Under the pieces are notes generated by a model. It searched no databases. It was not told the DNA's origin and saw only the letters and a program-made list of their open reading frames with translations. DNA of 64,000 nt, taken from assembly GCF_001194135.2 (NCBI RefSeq), contig NC_068981.1, positions 43,732,017-43,796,016 on the forward strand. The letters are read 5' to 3'. Source of the DNA: Octopus bimaculoides. Taxonomy: Eukaryota. A program made the translations under genes and the position numbers. Shown here in pieces: positions 1 to 12,439 of this stretch; within the stretch, counting starts at the first letter, position 1; each line of letters starts with the position of its first letter.

Positions 1-330
1 ATTAAGATGGTACCGCCTTCCTCCTTTTCCAAAGAGAGGAAGGCGGCATTTCTCTGCGTAATAACCATAGTGAAAGAAACGGTATGGAAGACGCGCTCGG
101 AAGGAATTGCGACAGGACAATTCATCTCCAGACGAGGGCTGGTGAACTACTTCACCGTCCATCTAGTTTCCAAGATCCGTCTGGAGAGGAGGAGCTTGTC
201 GCAAAGAGTATTTGCCAAAAGATGGAAGGATGTCGCAAGAAAGTTGTGTATGCAAGGGGCCATGCCAACACGGTCGGACCGGGCATAGAAGGAAAATAAA
301 TGGAAAAGAAAAAGGAAAAAAAAAATCAAC
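1..330 (+). mobile_element. 3' end of an L1/Tx1-like LINE ORF2 (C-terminus beyond the zinc knuckle) followed by an A-rich tract
   Basis: Frame is open from position 1 to the stop at 288: ...FLCVITIVKETVWKTRSEG...KIRLERR...FAKRW. This resembles Tx1/L1 ORF2 C-termini. GC/CpG-rich relative to the window and followed by A-runs at 290-325. Confidence 0.6.
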
Positions 331-1329
331 CGGCGGGTTAGTGGGACACCGCCCAACCCAAAAGTAATCCAATTTTTAAAGCAATAACATCATCACATTA
401 TAATATATTATTCTCATGTTAAAATCATTCGTTAAATCATCTGTAAAAAGGCTCAACGATCTATATGTTCCCCCTTGTCTGTCCTAGTTCGTCCCTATTT
501 ATTAGGAAATAAAAGAAAATCATCCAAGTTTCCTCGTTAAGTTAAGTGATGTTGCCCTTTTTCCTTATTTTCTTGCACGTTTGTTTCCCTTTACTAGCTA
601 ACCACACTTCCGTTATATGTTTCCATTTCCACAGATATTATCTCCCCAACTGACGTTTTATGCCTTAAATTTGACAGATATTTATTGCTATTTGATGTGT
701 TTTCTTATAAAACCTTGACAATTTCTTATCCTCTACTGATAGAATCACATTGATAGACAGACTGATACATGCACAAACACACACATACACATGACAAGCT
801 GCTTGATTGTAAGTTTCATACTTTTAATTAATAATGCTTAAACCAAGGCTATGCGATAAAACACTTGCTCAAACATTCAAATTGCTGTGCCGTAATATCA
901 GATTCATAACCTCATTGTGAAGAGAACATCTCTGCCACACTTTTATTCTTGCATGTCAATTTTGCAGTTTGAATTTGCATGACTTTAGAAAAGTTTCAGA
1001 TAGTCTCCCATTTGCATGCACAGTGAAATAGTTTGCTAACAGTTAATAGTTCTGAGTACTTTTTGTAATTTTCTTCTTCTCAAGATAGCATGCTTCACTA
1101 TAACTATCTGCAGCACTAATTAGGTCATCTAAGAGAAACTATGAAATATATCTATGATGATTCATGTGAACAGGTCATTAATTATATTTCATGTTTGCTT
1201 CTATTGTTAACTATTTCTGTACGCCTAGGCTATATATTTCTATTTAATTAGCTTTTTTAATAATCATTCAGTTATTTGTGGAAGGGAAGCACCTTTAAGG
1301 GTCTCTAAAATTAGTTGAAGGGAGACCAG

Positions 1330-1780
1330 AGATTCTGTAATTTGGATTACGTCTATCACCCAAGAACAGGAATGATCACTATGACAAACTTTCACACAAT
1401 TTCAGTCTTTCAAATTTCATTGATATGGTTTGATCAATCTGTTTTATGGTAGCAAGCACTCAATGTGTCAGGCAGCATAGTTGTACTAAGACCCATATAA
1501 TTACAAAACAGACAGCCTTGGCTGCATCTTTATTTGCATGGATCTTAAATAAATTTTCAACAGATTCTTTATATGAAATGAGTGCACAGTACTACCTCTC
1601 AACTTATCAAATTTTTGATGTACTTGGATTTTTTTTGCTTCCCTTACCCTTAAAGCATTTGGACTTCAGAAGCTTCTTCCAGGTTTTCTATTTTATTTGT
1701 AGAGTTTGAGTGATTCTGCTGTGAGTACTAGGTCATCAGTATGTAACATTTCTCAAGTACAACTAGTATTTGATTCCTGC
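1330..1780 (-). mobile_element. Highly decayed RTE LINE RT fragment
   Basis: Minus strand near 1700-1750 reads LHTDDLVLTAESL, matching LYADDLTLIAESL of the RTE copy at 39120. Confidence 0.55.
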
Positions 1781-3031
1781 TTTATTGCTCAAGAACAATA
1801 ATGATCAATTTGAGGCTTGGTGAATTCCTAAAACATATCCATATACCAATATTAATCTGGCCTAAAACTATTCTATACAAGGTTTGGTTGGCTCACGAAC
1901 GTTATCTTTCTCTAATTGTGTACTCATCAAACAACAAACTGCAGGACCTTAGAGTATTCTCTACACTGATAATTGCAGAATAAAGTTATCCTATTGTAAG
2001 TTGTTTTTCTTGAAGCATGACAGCAGTAGTCTTACATTCTGCCAAACCAAAACTGTACCCTAACAAATCTAACCCAAGCCTTTATTAACTTCAAGACTCT
2101 TTCTGTCTTAACAAGACTAGATATATCAACCTGATTCCTCTCTAAACCTCTCTCCAGTATGTTGCCGGTGAAATTATCTGATAAAGATTTAATTCAATAC
2201 TCTTACAATGTAGTCACCAATTTTTGCTCTCAGTATCAGCATTTCAGGATTTCACAGACTTGAGAGTGTAATATAGTTTATTACACATTTCCCCTAAATC
2301 AATCTAGATTGATTTTACTGCAGATGTTTTCCTGTTATCATATTTAATTTGTCATATTTTCCCTCTGTTAATAGATATTTTCAATGTTAAATAGTTTCCT
2401 ACTGACTTACTATTTGTTCAACCTGTGAGGGGTCAAGCTTCATGAAATAATTACAATTTTTCTTTTGTTGTTTTCCTGAGAAAGTACCTTTGAGCAATTT
2501 CATTAAGAAAAGGGTATATAGATAAAACCCTATACAATGATAAATCAAAGCACCTGTTATCATTCAACCACAGTATTGGTTGAATATATTCTCAAGTCCA
2601 CCGTTTCATCAATTGCAGCAGCTTCCAAGCTTCACTACTAATTCAGTTCTCACCTAAATTGCAAACTGTTAATAGCTTTAGAGAGGTCACCTCCTCAGCT
2701 ACACTTTGGCATAAATAGTTTGAGATTTGGTTCAGTAGAAAAAAAAGTTACATTAAAATATCTGTGACCTCAAGGGGGGCAGTAAGGCAGATATTCATCT
2801 TCAAATAGCATAAATTTTTAAATTTCTAATTAAAAGTATACTTTTCTTAGGCTTTAATGATAGAAAAATGCATGAGGAATTCAGAATTGTTAGTCGCATT
2901 GAACAAACATTAGTAGAAAAACAGTTATGTGGTGAAATGTTACGAAATTTCACGTCAGTAAGCGAAGAAGTAACGTTTAAACAATAACAATAAGAATAAA
3001 GAACATATTACTAAAATGAATGCTTAAATTC

Positions 3032-3310
3032 AAAGGTGGCAAACTGGCAGAAATGTTAGCCTGCTGGGCGAAATGTTTAGTGGTATTTCGTCTGTCTTTA
3101 TGTTTCAAGTTCAGATTTTGCCAACTTTGACATACAGATTAATTAACTTTTTTTTAACTAAACACTTTCAAACTTCTGATAATGGTAGAATGTGTTACAT
3201 AGAACGTTTTTGACAAAATTTTGTATTTTAGAAGTGGTATTTCGTCTGTCTTTACGTTCTGAGTTCAAATTCACCGAGGTTGACTTTGCCTTTCATCCAT
3301 TTTGCATCAA
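3032..3310 (+). mobile_element. Two partial copies of tRNA-headed SINE family B
   Basis: ggtggcaaactggcagaaatgttagc head, and ttctgagttcaaattcaccgaggttgactttgcctttcatcc body, shared with 4996-5215. Confidence 0.75.
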
Positions 3311-4302
3311 TTCAATTAGATGTACAGATTATTTAATAATTTTTTTTAAAACTAAACACTTTCAAACTTCCGATACTGGTAGAATGTGTCACATACAGAG
3401 GGGTTTATACTCAACATTTTTGACAAGATTTTGTATTTTAGAAGTTATTTCATCACAAGTTACAGAGGGACAGTGGACAAATTCGTGTTTGATAAGTGCC
3501 AATACATGAAACTCTCAGCTTTTTACTTACTCTCTAACTTCTGCGGATGATATATATACATATTAACATATATGTGTAAAAAAATCTCATCACGCAATCG
3601 AACCAATGAAACAGTATCTACCTGGTCACTCGACACGCTAAAAATAGCAGCCAAAAGTATCTCCCTACCTAAATCACATGCCCATTGTATGTAATTTCCT
3701 AGATTATCCATAAAAGACTGTTTACTGAGGGCTTGAATGCCTTTGATGATAGATTTTCAGTATTAGTGTTGATTTGAGGCTAAATAACAACAACATTATG
3801 GAAAATTTCTATATTAACACCCGCAAGATTTTCACTAAGAAAGAATAAACAAAAAAAAATTGGCTTTTTTGCATGGAATCAAGTACTCTGATCTCTTAAT
3901 ATGCTGCAAATCCCTTATTTTGGTTTGGACAAAATGAGGTGGGGAGGGGTCCCCTCAGTCCCAGAATCATTGGAAATTTCTTTTTCGTTGAATGAATTCC
4001 TGTGACCTCCTAATATTGCAAAATTAGGTTACTTAAGGTGAGCCTGGTAATTGATGGTTTTGGGGTCTTGTTGTTTCTAACATTTGGTGAGCTATGGTGC
4101 AACCAACAACATCGTAAAAATCCCTGCAATTAATTTGGTGTTGATGGGTAATATCAAATAATTCAAGAACAACATATATTTAAATTTAACATGGAAAAAA
4201 TTGAAATATTATCATCACTTACATAGAAAAATTGAAATATTATCTTTCAGAATTTTATAAAGTAAAATCTTAAATTATTAATTGACACATTATTAATTAT
4301 CT

Positions 4303-4870
4303 TATAACAGCAATGCCTGGAAAAATCATGGATTAAATGGATAAAATGCGAGCATGAAAAGTACTAGTCTTAAGATTATAAATCTGGAAAAGTACAGGGC
4401 AAGTATAGGACAAGCTATTACTTCTAGTAAAGTAAAGAATAAGAAACTTTTTAGTTAAAATATTGCTGCTAAAATTAAAATTTGAATACTAAAGCTTATT
4501 TTATTATAGTTTACAAGTAACACTATACTTATTTAAGTAGAATTTGGCTAGTAGAATTTACTACCTTTAGTACAGAAAAAAATGACTAATTAGACAAACT
4601 TACAAATTAGCTGAACAGTTTTGTACAATAAATTTTAAAGATTGAGAACTGTAAAGAGTGATAAATTAGAACTGACATTCTTTGCTGCAATATTTCAAGT
4701 AAAAAGTTTCTTATATGTTACTTTACTAGAAGTAATAGCTTGTACTATACTTTTACAGGTATAATAACCTGTCCTGTACTTTTCCAGGTTTATAACCTTA
4801 AGAATATTACTTTTTATGCTCACATTTTTCCATGTAATAAGACATATTCTCATTAAACCATGCTTTTTAT
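4303..4870. repeat. Long imperfect inverted repeat (MITE/foldback-like)
   Basis: 4303-4470 is approximately the reverse complement of 4680-4870. Example: caagctattacttctagtaaagtaa versus ttactttactagaagtaatagcttg. Confidence 0.8.
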
Positions 4871-4995
4871 TGCTATTATTTCTCATGTGGGTTCATAAAT
4901 TTTGTTATCCATCTAACATTGTTTTGTCAATGAGATTTCCTTCTGACTCTGTAGTGTTTAACAGAACTATTTCTTTTGTCAATATTGACATTTCC

Positions 4996-5215
4996 ACAAG
5001 GCAGCGAGCTGACAGAATGGTTAGCATGCTAGGCACAATGTCTTGTGGCATTTAATCTGTCTCTACTTTCTGGGTTCAAATGCCGCTGGGGTCAACTTTG
5101 CCTTTCATCCTTTAAGGAGTGATAAAATAAGTACCAGTCAAGTACTGGGGATCAATGTAATCAACTTAACCCTCCCCTAAATTAATGGCCTTGTGCCAAC
5201 ATTTGAAGCCATTAT
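4996..5215 (+). mobile_element. Full-length SINE family B
   Basis: A-box-like ggcagcgagctgacagaatggttagc, B-box gggttcaaat, body gtcaactttgcctttcatcc...ataagtaccag, tail ggccttgtgcc. Confidence 0.85.
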
Positions 5216-6240
5216 TGATATTTCCTATAGATTCTCAGATATTCAAAATAGAATTGTAGTGGTGGTAATAGTGGTAGGATCACCTCCATATCCAAGGCTA
5301 AAGAGAACATGTTGCAGAATTTTGATTAATTGCAGATAAATTATTTCTTCAACCTCCACAAAATCCTGAAGAATATCAACAAATTTAAAAGGAGTGAATT
5401 GCATAATTTGCAATCTATGTGTCATGAAACTGCTTCGGTATGCAATCTACCCTTTGTATCATGATCTACAACAAGAAATGTTATATTATCAATTTCTTTT
5501 TAATAATAAATGTATTAACGATAAAATTAGTAAACTTGTTTTAAATCTGCTTCATTCTAATTTCTTTTTAATAATAAATGTATAAGATGTATAAAAATTT
5601 TAATTATCTATTTTCCACTTTTCTAGCTGATGTTCAATTCACCAGTTCATTTGATTTGCCTGTTCATTTGATTCGCCCATAAAATAAATAAATTTGTTTC
5701 AAATTTGCTTCATTTAAATTTTGTTAAATAAATGTATAAAAATGTAAGAATATTTTATTTAAGCCATTGTAAATAAATGAAACATGTAGATAACAAACTA
5801 ATCTAGAATTTGATTCATGCAGATCACATTGGCTATGTAGATTGCATACCAGAGTAGCAGCGATCTTTGTTATTTAATTGGGTTATTGTTTTACTATGTT
5901 GCTTGTGGAAAATAGATGCAGGTTTATAATTTTAGTGACTACAAAATAATTTTGTCTTGTCTCATAATACTGGTTCAATACTGCAAAAACTGTTACTCAT
6001 GGTAACTATTGACATCAAGAAATTTCTTATTAGAAGTTCAAGAATTTCACCTGGGACATAATTAAAGTACAAGAAGCAATATCGAAATTTCTTTTGTTTT
6101 CTTGTCTCCTTTTGTTTCAGATTGCTTGGTTGCATACTTTCATTACAATTCTCAACATTCACACACACACACACGCATTTATGTATGTATGTGTGCATGC
6201 ATATATATGTGTATGTTTTATATATATATACATACTTATA

Positions 6241-7297
6241 CAGGGTTGGACAAAAATAATGGAAACACCTTAAAATTTCAAATAAATTTATTTTAATATG
6301 GGGTAGGACCACCTTTGGCAGTCATTATAGCTTGAATTCTCCGAGGTATGGACTTGTACAAAGTTTGAATTGTTTCCAAAGGAATTTTTGTCCATTCTTC
6401 AGCTAAAACAGTCTCCAGTTCTTGTAGTAATGATGGTGGAGGATATTGACTTCTTACTTATTTTCCTAAAATGTACTATAAATGTTCTATAATATTGACA
6501 TCCAGATAAGATTTTCAACTTCAGTAGAATGTTCCTTGTGCCATTCAGTAACAGCTTAAGCTGTGTGAATTGGATTGGAGCATTATCATCCTGAAAGATT
6601 GTTTCCCTCCGGAAATAGTTCTGCAACCTTACGATGAATTTGATCAGATAAAATGCTTAAATAGTCTTGACTATTAATTCTGCCATGAAGGGAAATGATT
6701 AGGCTGGTGGATTTCCAAGATATAGCCCCCCACCACCACCACCAGATTATCACAGTTCCTCCTCCATGTTTAACAGTTGGAAGAAGGCAGTCGGGGTCAA
6801 ATGCTTCTTTTAGTTTCTCCACACGTATACTTGGCCGGTGGTCAGAAATAATGTAAAGATTCGTCCGAGAAAATAACAGTCTTCCACTGCTCTAGGGACC
6901 AATTCTGAAGGTTTTGACTCCACTCTAAACACTTTGCAATGCTTGTTTTTGAAAGTAGTGGTTTTCTGATTGCAGCCCTCCCATGAAATCCGGCTTTGTG
7001 CAGCTCCTGGCAAACAGCTTTTGTGAAAACTGGGTTCTTGAGGTGGTCATTAAGCTCTACAGTAATTTTGAGAGCTGTATTTTTGTGATCCTTTCTAACA
7101 ATTCAAGTAACAGTCCGACAGTCCCTGTCTGAAAGTTTTGGTTTTCTTCCAGAGTTTTGTTTTAACGAGGAGGTTTTCCCCTCTTTCTCAAAGGCTGTCA
7201 TTACTTTCAAGACAGTACTTCTTGATACACCAAACATTTCGGCTGTTTTTGTTGCACTAGCACCTGCCATACAAGCACCAACAATTTGACCTCTTTG
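6241..7297 (-). mobile_element. Tc1-family transposon relic (transposase pseudogene, one TIR)
   Basis: TA followed by the TIR cagggttggacaaaaataatggaaacacc at 6241. Minus-strand pieces: RGQIVGACMAGASATKTAEMFGVSRSTV (HTH), LLPTVKHGGGTVIIW and IFQDDNAP (DDE). Frameshifted. Confidence 0.92.
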
Positions 7298-7324
<27 letters not shown>

Positions 7325-7329
<5 letters not shown>

Positions 7330-7530
7330 TAACCTCGTGGATATCGTTGGCGATTTCTTCTTCCTCCGTCTTTCCCTTCTTTGGACTTTCCTTTGTTTCC
7401 AATGAAGAGCTCCGCTTGAAACATCAAATTCTCTTTCTTTCCTTTCCCAAGCGTCCAGTAACACAATCTGTATCGCGTCCTCACGTTGCTGTTTTTTTGT
7501 TTTTTTGTTTTTTTTCCTTTTTTGAACTTA
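7325..7530 (+). mobile_element. PLE-type terminal remnant with a degenerate hammerhead core, embedded in (TA)n
   Basis: CCAATGA-AGAG-ctccg-CTT-GAAAC at about 7399-7422 is a mutated CTGATGA/stem II/GAAA motif. T-rich tail and TA flanks. Confidence 0.55.
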
Positions 7531-8349
7531 TATATATATATATTCACATATATGCATAGATACACACACACACCATATAGAGTTATGAAACCTGATAACA
7601 TGCAAATAATAACAGCAATAATAATAATAATAATAATAATGGTTTTTTTTATTTGCCACCAGGGTGTAGGATGAGTGGGGTAGTGCAAATAGAGACCTGA
7701 TAATATCTATCTGTCTGTCTGTCTATATTTATAGGTACAAATCTATTTAGAATAATCAGAAGCTACTGTATTGCATGATAGGGACACAATGGTTTTCTTT
7801 TTCCTTAGGATGTTCTAAATATACTATTGTAACTTAAGAAGATGAAATTAAGATAAGCTTGTTATTTTACAGGTAGTATCAGTCCTAAGCTATGTAATAA
7901 CGAATATAAATGAATATCAAGTTGAAGCCTTATACTTTGACAATCAATAAAGAATATAAATTCAGGCATGTAATGGAAATGACAGAAAGAAGAATATATC
8001 AGAAGAACTGGATAATATAATTTTAATATTAGATCATCTTACTGATATCTAAGATTCAATTTATCTTTCTTCTCTTAGGATATACAATTATTATTGTTAT
8101 TATTATTATTATCATCTAGTTTTATAGCTTACAGCTGTCAGGACACAAAGAATCTATGAATACATCCAATTACAACATACCAATTTTGTTGGGTTTTTTT
8201 TCTATTCTTTACATGGATTTAAAACGCCTGGATGTTTTTTCCTTAGGCAAAGGAATAAATTCCTTTAAAGCTTTACTTTGTTCAATCTTAGAAAGTATTT
8301 GAAACTATTTTGGAATTGAAGTGGAGAAATGGACATGTTGGTGACTCAC

Positions 8350-8412
8350 TTCAACCCAATGCCTTTGAAAAAGAATCACATTTTGGGGATTGTATTTTCT
8401 TGTCCTTGGGCA
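8350..8412 (-). CDS. Candidate 63-nt internal exon (CPRTRKYNPQNVILFQRHWVE), product unknown
   Basis: tgtgcag acceptor, GAA|gtgagt donor, open in phase 0. The polypyrimidine tract is weak and no homology was recognised. Confidence 0.2.
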
Positions 8413-8954
8413 CTGCACATAATTCATTCTTCAGTTACACTTCCTAAAAAATTAACAGTGACACCAAAATGCTTCATTTTAAAAAGAAATGATTAAGAAG
8501 TTTAAGGTTCTAACTCTCGCAAAAGACTTAAAGAAGTCAATTTTGACATCTCCTGTAGATTCTCAGATAATCTAAATATTAGCTGTGGTGATGGTGGTAG
8601 TGGGTGTGGAAGCCATACTATATCTAAGGGGAAAGAAAGTAAGATGTAGAATTATGACTAATTGCAGGTAAATTATTTTTTTCAACCTGCAGCATTTGGT
8701 ATATCACAATTAATGACATCACCAACCATGAAGTTCTAGACTTCTTTAATGTCTCGTCTGACTGTTATGTCAAATAAGGCTCATGAGTGTGCATGACTGA
8801 TCCATCATCTCAACCTTATGAGTGTTTGCACTAATGCTGCAAATGTCTTTGGATAGGGAGTTGAAATCCTATTTATTCCCTAATTATTTTCAAGATGGTG
8901 ATGCTAGAGAGTTTGGGTTCTCATAAATACTTATTGAAATATTTTTTGTATCTA

Positions 8955-9360
8955 AGGCCAAGTATGGTTTTGTGATAAGAAGCTTTCTTCCCAATCATAT
9001 GGCTCCAGGTTCAGTCCTACTGCATGACACCTTGGGCAAGTGTCTTCTACCATAGCCTCGGGCTGATCAAAGCCTTGTGAGTGGATTTGGTAGATGGAAA
9101 CTGAAAGAAGCCTATTGTACACACACACACACATATATGTATGTATGTGTGACTTTGTGTCTGTGTTTGTCTCCCACTACCACTTGACAACTGGTGTTGG
9201 TTTGTTTATGTCCCATAACTTAGCAGTTCAGCAAAAGATACCATTAAAATAAATACCAGATTCATAAAATAAATACTATGTTCAATTCATTCGACTCAAA
9301 ATTCTTCAAGGATATGCCCCAGCATGACCAGTCTCACAACTGAGGCAAGTAAAAGATAAA
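8955..9360 (+). mobile_element. SINE family A (tRNA head plus CORE-like domain)
   Basis: ggttcagtcc B-box, accttgggcaagtgtcttct CORE-like motif, internal (CA/TG)n, tail gcaagtaaaagataa. Confidence 0.85.
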
Positions 9361-10904
9361 ACATACATTGGTATAGGACTTTAAATTTACAAGGAAAGAA
9401 TAGTGTTGATTGACTCACTGAGTCCCTTGTACAAACATCACCCCTATTTCATCAACTGTGGAGGTATAAAAAGCAAAGCCACGACCATGTGAAGCTTGAA
9501 AGAATAGCACAAATGAGGAAGATAAATATAAAGCATTTAGCTCAATGATCTGCATCTTCTTCACTACTCTGTGCATTTAAGTTAAAATAGAAAAATGAAA
9601 TGAAATTAAATTGTGTTTATACATGCAAGAATATAATATAACTAAAATATATGCAATAAAACAACTTTAGTCAAATTGTACATCTGTCAGTTGATAAAGT
9701 TCAAGTAAATCAACTTATGCTGAAAATATTGGTATTAGTGTAATAGTTTAGTTATGTATATCCATAAAGCATTTCATTGAATTAATTCTGTATCATTGTA
9801 TCTATTTAATTTTATTCTGAATACTTTCACTAATAGTGTGCATTGCTCTGATTGCATCAGTTCTGAATAAAATAAGAGCTAACAAGGATGAAATTGTAAT
9901 TCTTCAGATAAACTTTGTTCCCTTTAGCAATCACAATTCTAAACTATTTAGAATAAGGTTTTGCATATAGTATGTTATGTACATTTTCTATTATTAGCTT
10001 TCTCTTTTCAGTAATAGCTAAATTGTGTGTATGTGAGAGAGAGAGAGAGAGATAGAGGGAGAGAGAGAACACATTCAAGTAGGCGAGTAAGTTATATACA
10101 CATTGTCTTCTCATCAACATCTGTGAATTTGGTGAATACATCAATGTGTAAATGAAAGTCTTGTACTGTCGTATTTGACACATTTATAACTCTGTATAAC
10201 ACAAGAAATGAAAACATATGAAAATTATTTCACACACTACATATTCAGCTAGATTTCTACCTGGTAATATCAAAATCATATTACTTGAAAACACTACACT
10301 TTGAGAAACAATTTACTAAAATCATCAGAATCATCTGAATATTAGAAAGTCTCTTCTGTTCTACAATGATTCCTATGGGGTCTCACTGTTTGATGTATGT
10401 ATGAGGAAATTACTTTTGAGTCAATGTTGATGATCTTGTTGTGATACTCTAACTGGTCCCTATCCCCTCTCAGTTCAACTCTGGCAATCTCATGCCATAT
10501 GAATGGCCTCATTATGGTTCAAGAATCAAATAAACATCTTCAAAGAATTCTGCTCATGTATAACTGTTGCCATCAACTTAACCAGGGCCAACTTCCTAGA
10601 TGTCACTCTGGACCCAAACTGAAATGATAATTAGGAATCTTTTTTTACATCTGTAGGAATCCCAGCTACTCCCAGCTGTAATAAGAAACTTAATCACAAG
10701 GTTTAACAAAAGAACCTCTAAATTGTCAGCAGAAAGGGATATCTTCAACACGGCCACATCTCATTGTAATGAAACACAAATGTTGAGTGTCTTTACTAAT
10801 GAGTTAGTATAAAAGGAGTACAACTCACTGTCAAACTCAAAGAGAGTTAGAAGGAAGAAAGTAATCTAGGTCATTCTTCCAATTAATCTAGATGTATTCA
10901 CTAA

Positions 10905-11534
10905 ATTCAAAAAAGGGATAAAACTCTTTTACAAGAATTTTATCAAGAAGCCAGTGTGTAAAAAGGTTGTAAGGGAAATTTCTATTCCCAAGAACATAAT
11001 TATACGTTTATATTTGTATAAGGGGCATTACTACAGAATAATAATGCCACACACTGGACTTCTCAAAATAAACACATTTTTAGTACCGAATGTGAGGAAA
11101 CACAACCAACAGAAGAAAACCACCTATCTTTTAAATAACTCAACTATGTATCGACCGATTTCACGATTACTAGAATGAATCTAGACTCCGCTCATCAGCA
11201 TAGTATTGTTTATGAAAAACATATACAAATAAACAGAATTCTCACCTTACCAAAAACGAACACTCTCCGTAAAGCAAAGGGAATGAAGTTTATCTGTATA
11301 AATCTTCAGCAAAGAAGCGGGAAATACAACTGGGTTGTCTTGGCACATGTGTTGAGACAGGAATAAAACAATTCCGCATTGAATATATTCCGCGTATATA
11401 TTTGATTAATAAATTAAAAAAGGGATAAAACTCTTTTACAAGAATTTTATCAAGAAGCCAGTGTGTGAAAAAATTCGTATTCGGTACTAAAAATGTGTTT
11501 ATTTTGAGAAGTCCAGTGTGTGGCATTATTATTC
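10905..11534 (-). mobile_element. Young non-coding hammerhead-bearing cassette (PLE pLTR or retrozyme-like) with direct and inverted terminal duplications and a 12-bp TSD
   Basis: TSD tgtattcactaa at 10893-10904 and 11535-11546. 51-bp identical direct repeat at 10909-10959 and 11416-11466 (period 507). 60-bp identical inverted repeat at 11032-11091 and 11479-11538. Confidence 0.85.
11143..11204 (-). ncRNA. Type I hammerhead ribozyme, intact core
   Basis: Minus strand: ACTATG CTGATGA GCGG agt CTAGA ttcat TCTAG taa TCGT GAAA TCG gt CGA TA / CATAGT. Stem I has 6 bp, stem II is extended and stem III is palindromic. The AUA cleavage site falls between 11149 and 11148. Confidence 0.88.
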
Positions 11535-12439
11535 TGTATTCACTAATATAGCTAGAAGTTTCTTGTCCTTAATTAGTATTTTCTATGCATTTTTATGTAA
11601 CATAAACTCTTTGATGCACATAGCATTAAGGTTAGCTATTCATAGTTAAAAAATACCAATTCCAACATTGCACACCATAACAAAGAAACATGCTTCTATA
11701 CTGACTTTATCCTATGTCTCAGACTATAACTACCAAAATCCCATCAACTACCCACTGTGATGATTCTGCTTCTCAAAGGCTGTAGTCAATAGAGCTACCC
11801 ATGCACAATCTAATATCATTGAAAAGTACCACACTGACATAGTAGTCAATGCTTTCAAGGGATGATTTTTACAACATATATCCTCATTCAGGTGAAGGAA
11901 AAATTCTACCTCCCTGTCACGAGTCTGGGATCAAGGGGTTCCCAACATTGCATGGAGCATCTTTGAAAGAACCCCCTCCAACTGATTTGGAGTTAGCAGC
12001 TACTATATCTGCACCATGAAAAAATGTATATATTGCAGCATCCTGCATTATCTATCAACAAGAAAACTGACATACTTTATTGTCTTCACTAAAGATACAG
12101 CCTGTTCATGACTTCAAACCATTAGCCACAAATATCCAAGAAAGACAACCTTAGACCTAGCAGTCATGAACAATTGCAGAGTAAACAATTCTTGCTTGCC
12201 CAAAGTGCTATTTTTCTCTTTTGCATAACATCAACATGGCCTACCACAATCAGCTAGATATCCACCTCACAGCTATACACAAGATATAGACTGATACGTA
12301 ACCTAATACCATCAGATTTGTTACCTTACCACATGAAACATGTTCTTCTTATCATTATTAGTATTTGGTGTCGCTTACACTGCCAAGTTCTCAAACTCTA
12401 TAGGTTGGTGACTACATAATGCCACTAAACTCTCTACCA

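Larger units (their letters stand above)
10360..12070 (+). mobile_element. Old decayed Penelope-like element (RT plus C-terminal GIY-YIG endonuclease), interrupted by a younger cassette at 10905-11534
   Basis: Fragmentary translations in order: IPMGS, ANFLDVTLD, FNKRTSKLSAERDIFN, DVFT|NIARSFLSLIS, SIKVSYS, then endonuclease-like FKG..HISSFR..STSLSRVWD..IAWSIF..ICTMKK. Same motif set as the PLE at 62120-63540. Confidence 0.75.

Noticed and set aside
3531-3540. Apparent 10-nt minus-strand microexon (cag|AAGTTAGAGA|gtaagt)
   Set aside because: The same context (aaactctcagc...ctctaacttctgc) recurs at about 29225-29260, so it is part of a dispersed repeat. The length is also not 3n.
11285-11312. 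Second CTGAAGA plus hairpin (tttat-acag-ataaa) on the minus strand inside the young cassette
   Set aside because: No following GAAA, stem III or UH site.
12291-12345. CTGATAC...gtaac/gttac...GAAACATGT hammerhead-like relic downstream of the old PLE
   Set aside because: The core is mutated and stem I does not pair. It may be a fossil of the old element's ribozyme but cannot be called.
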